A stretch of DNA of 64,000 nt from Vicugna vicugna. Its lineage: Eukaryota. Of this stretch, positions 61,701 through 64,000 are shown piece by piece (positions within the stretch are counted from its first letter, which is position 1; every line of letters begins with the position of its first letter). The position numbers and the translations under genes were made by a program. The notes beneath the pieces were generated by a model. The model saw only the letters and a program-made list of their open reading frames with translations. It was not told the origin of the DNA and did no database searches. Location: contig MU059403.1 of assembly GCA_013265495.1 (NCBI GenBank), positions 310,001 to 374,000 on the forward strand, in the 5' to 3' direction.

Positions 61701-64000
61701 ACACACAATGGACACACAGAGAGCTGGCTGTCACTTCATCCAAATGGGAGATGTTTTGCCTCTGGGGCTGAAGGGCATCCATTTTGGTTCCTCTCCTCAC
61801 CCCAATGCCCAGGCTGACTCTCCCCTCCACCCCACGGGGACCACGGGGACACCCAGGAGCAGGAGCCAGGGCCAGGCAGCCTCCACCTGCCTCCAGCTTC
61901 ACAGCATCAGGTAAAAGAATCCCCTTACACCAGTACTTCTCCGCCAGGGGCGGCTCTGCCCTGTACGGGACACCTGGCAGCTCCTGGGGACATGTGGATT
62001 GTCACACCTGTGTGGCGTCCAGTGGGCAGAGGCCAGGGCTGCAGCTCACCGTCCTGCCAGGCCCAGGATGCCCCTGCAGCCTTGCTTCATCAACAGTATA
62101 ACTTACACCAGCCTTGCTAGAAGCGGGGCAGGGATGCTAAGGTGCCTGGCACCTTCCTGGAACCCCTTCGCGTCCCCGTGGAAATCCGCCCGGCTCTGCC
62201 TGTTATCTGCCTCCGCCTTCCATCCCACAGAGGAAGAAACAGACCTTCCAGAATTCTAACTAACCTGGAAAGCACAAGTTCACCTCCAACTGGGTTGACT
62301 CACCGGCCACGTTCCTCACCCACCTTCCACGTGCCTTTCCTGGGGACAGGGAGGTGGTCCTGGTCCCTTGGGAGGAGACGCAGCTCCCCACTTCCACGTC
62401 CTCACCCTTAAGGAGAAGAGTTCATCGGAACCAGACTGTCCCCTACAGTGAGCTGCTGCGGACTTCATCTGGGTAGAGAGCATCGCCTCCTTTGAATGGA
62501 AGTCTCCAGTGAGAAGTCAGGGAGTGACAAAGGACGTGGTGCCCGGGGGTCTCCACCCAGGACGGTGCACGGTGGGGCTTGGTCACACTTGCCCCTGGTC
62601 TGCCCTGTGCAGAGTCCCAGTTGCGGACGCCCACCAAGCTGGCCCCAGAAGCCAGCGGTCCCCTCTGCAGCGTGCACAGCCTCTGGCTTTTGGCGGCAGC
62701 TTGCGCAGGCACACACCTGCGTTTTCTCGCGCTTTCCCAACCGCCTCTGTGAGCTCGCGCGTCAGCTCGGGAGAGCCGGAGCGACCCCAGGACCCTGTGA
62801 GAAAGCTCTTAAGGCTTACAGGAGGGCAGCAGGAAGTGCCCTCGAAGACCCCTCTGCCCCCGTGACGCCGGTCCCTGCAGAGCTCACGCCTGTGACGTAA
62901 CCTGCCCACGGGCAGCCCCAGAACAACACTCGCTCTGTCTCCCGAGGCTGCGGCTGCCTCGTCCTGGTTTCAAGCGGGCAGCAAAGAGCCGTGAAGGCCA
63001 CCTGGGGCGTTTGGTCACCCTGCCCTTGGGATGCGCCCCTCGGTTGGCTGCAACCTTCAAGGCCTGTTGATGCCCTCCTGTCACTGGGTAAACATTCTGG
63101 AGGTGCCAGGACGTGTTGTTACACACGGTCCTTTCTTTCCCTGTGTCCAAACCTAGGACTGGGCCCAGGGTTTTAGGGAAGAAGGGGCCTTGTTTCCCAT
63201 TCTGCAGTGCGCACTGCCGCGCACGGGGTCAAATGCAGCGCCAAAGGGCACAGGTGTGTCGCGGAGGACCTTGGGCCTGGCAGGGTGCATCGTAGCTCTG
63301 GCCCAGACCCCCTCTCCGAGTCTCTGGAACAATTCATCCCACACTGGTGGAAAGACAGTGGGGTCTCGTGACCAGATCTACCTGGCACCACTCTAAATGA
63401 CGGCGTTTGTCCCAGGATCTTAGGATGACACTGGCCACAGCAACGTCGGGACAGATCCCCCCTCACACACGGACAGGCCGGGAAGCTCTGAGCTGGTGCA
63501 TTTGAATTCTATTTCTACCTAAAAGCCCTTCAGGTGATGAGGGAAGGACAGAGGGAGTAAAATAAAAATAGGACTGGATCATGGAGAGGAAACCGATTCC
63601 AGTTTGGGGTCACAGACCTAACATCTGTTTTCTGCAGGCACTTTGGCTCCTGGCATTTCAAAATTAACACGCTCCAATTAGGCAGAGGGCACAGTGAGAG
63701 CTGATTCCTGAAATAGCAATGCAGAGATGCTGCAGAGCAAGACACGGTGCGCTGACAGGATGGAAGGAGGAACAGGAAGAATGCAAATGATCCCAGCGTG
63801 CCACGGGCACGTCTGCTGGGTCTGGTCCACGCAGAGCAGACTGCTCCCTCCCCAGGTGGCCCTGCTGTCGGTGGTGCCAACACAAGTTCTCTGGATGGAC
63901 AAACCCCTGAGCCAAAGGCGATTAGTCTCTGAGCAGAGACACCTGTCGGCTCCCAGAAAAGGTGAGCTCTCCTGGTGTATTTGACATGGGAACAGATGGA

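Noticed and set aside
59380-64000. Searched for RPS6KA2 exon 11 (GVEEIKRHPFF-like)
   Set aside because: Not found; it most likely lies beyond the right edge, so no feature is called.

Overview
Mammalian genomic DNA. The short tRNA-derived SINEs with a TAAACCTAATTACCTCCCC-type tail suggest a camelid (inferred, not database-checked). Gene order matches, from memory, the human 6q27 block. Two protein-coding genes lie on the minus strand. (1) A complete MPC1 (mitochondrial pyruvate carrier 1): CDS join 15045-14975, one 4-nt microexon, 5798-5702, 5074-4942, 4588-4564 = 330 nt, 109 aa; CpG-island promoter at about 14.4-15.7 kb. (2) The 3' half of RPS6KA2 (RSK3): ten coding exons from 59379 to 34447 = 1230 nt (linker, C-terminal kinase domain, ERK-docking tail) and a 3'UTR of about 2.7 kb; the N-terminal kinase exons lie beyond the right edge. 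The rest is intronic or intergenic with SINEs, MIR, L1, MLT1/ERV LTR and hAT fragments. The most striking observation: MPC1 has two separate, perfectly framed copies of the same 4-nt microexon (AG|TACG|GTAAGAA at 13889-13892 and 7869-7872). Exactly one must be included to make protein; including both or neither gives a premature stop at an internal AUG. Other candidates: a 19-bp tandem duplication of an RPS6KA2 splice donor with an in-frame cryptic copy, lineage-specific SINEs next to splice signals, and possible spliced plus-strand (divergent or antisense) lncRNA exons. Repeat family names are from pattern recognition and their boundaries are approximate. RPS6KA2 exon numbers follow the recalled 21-exon human model.
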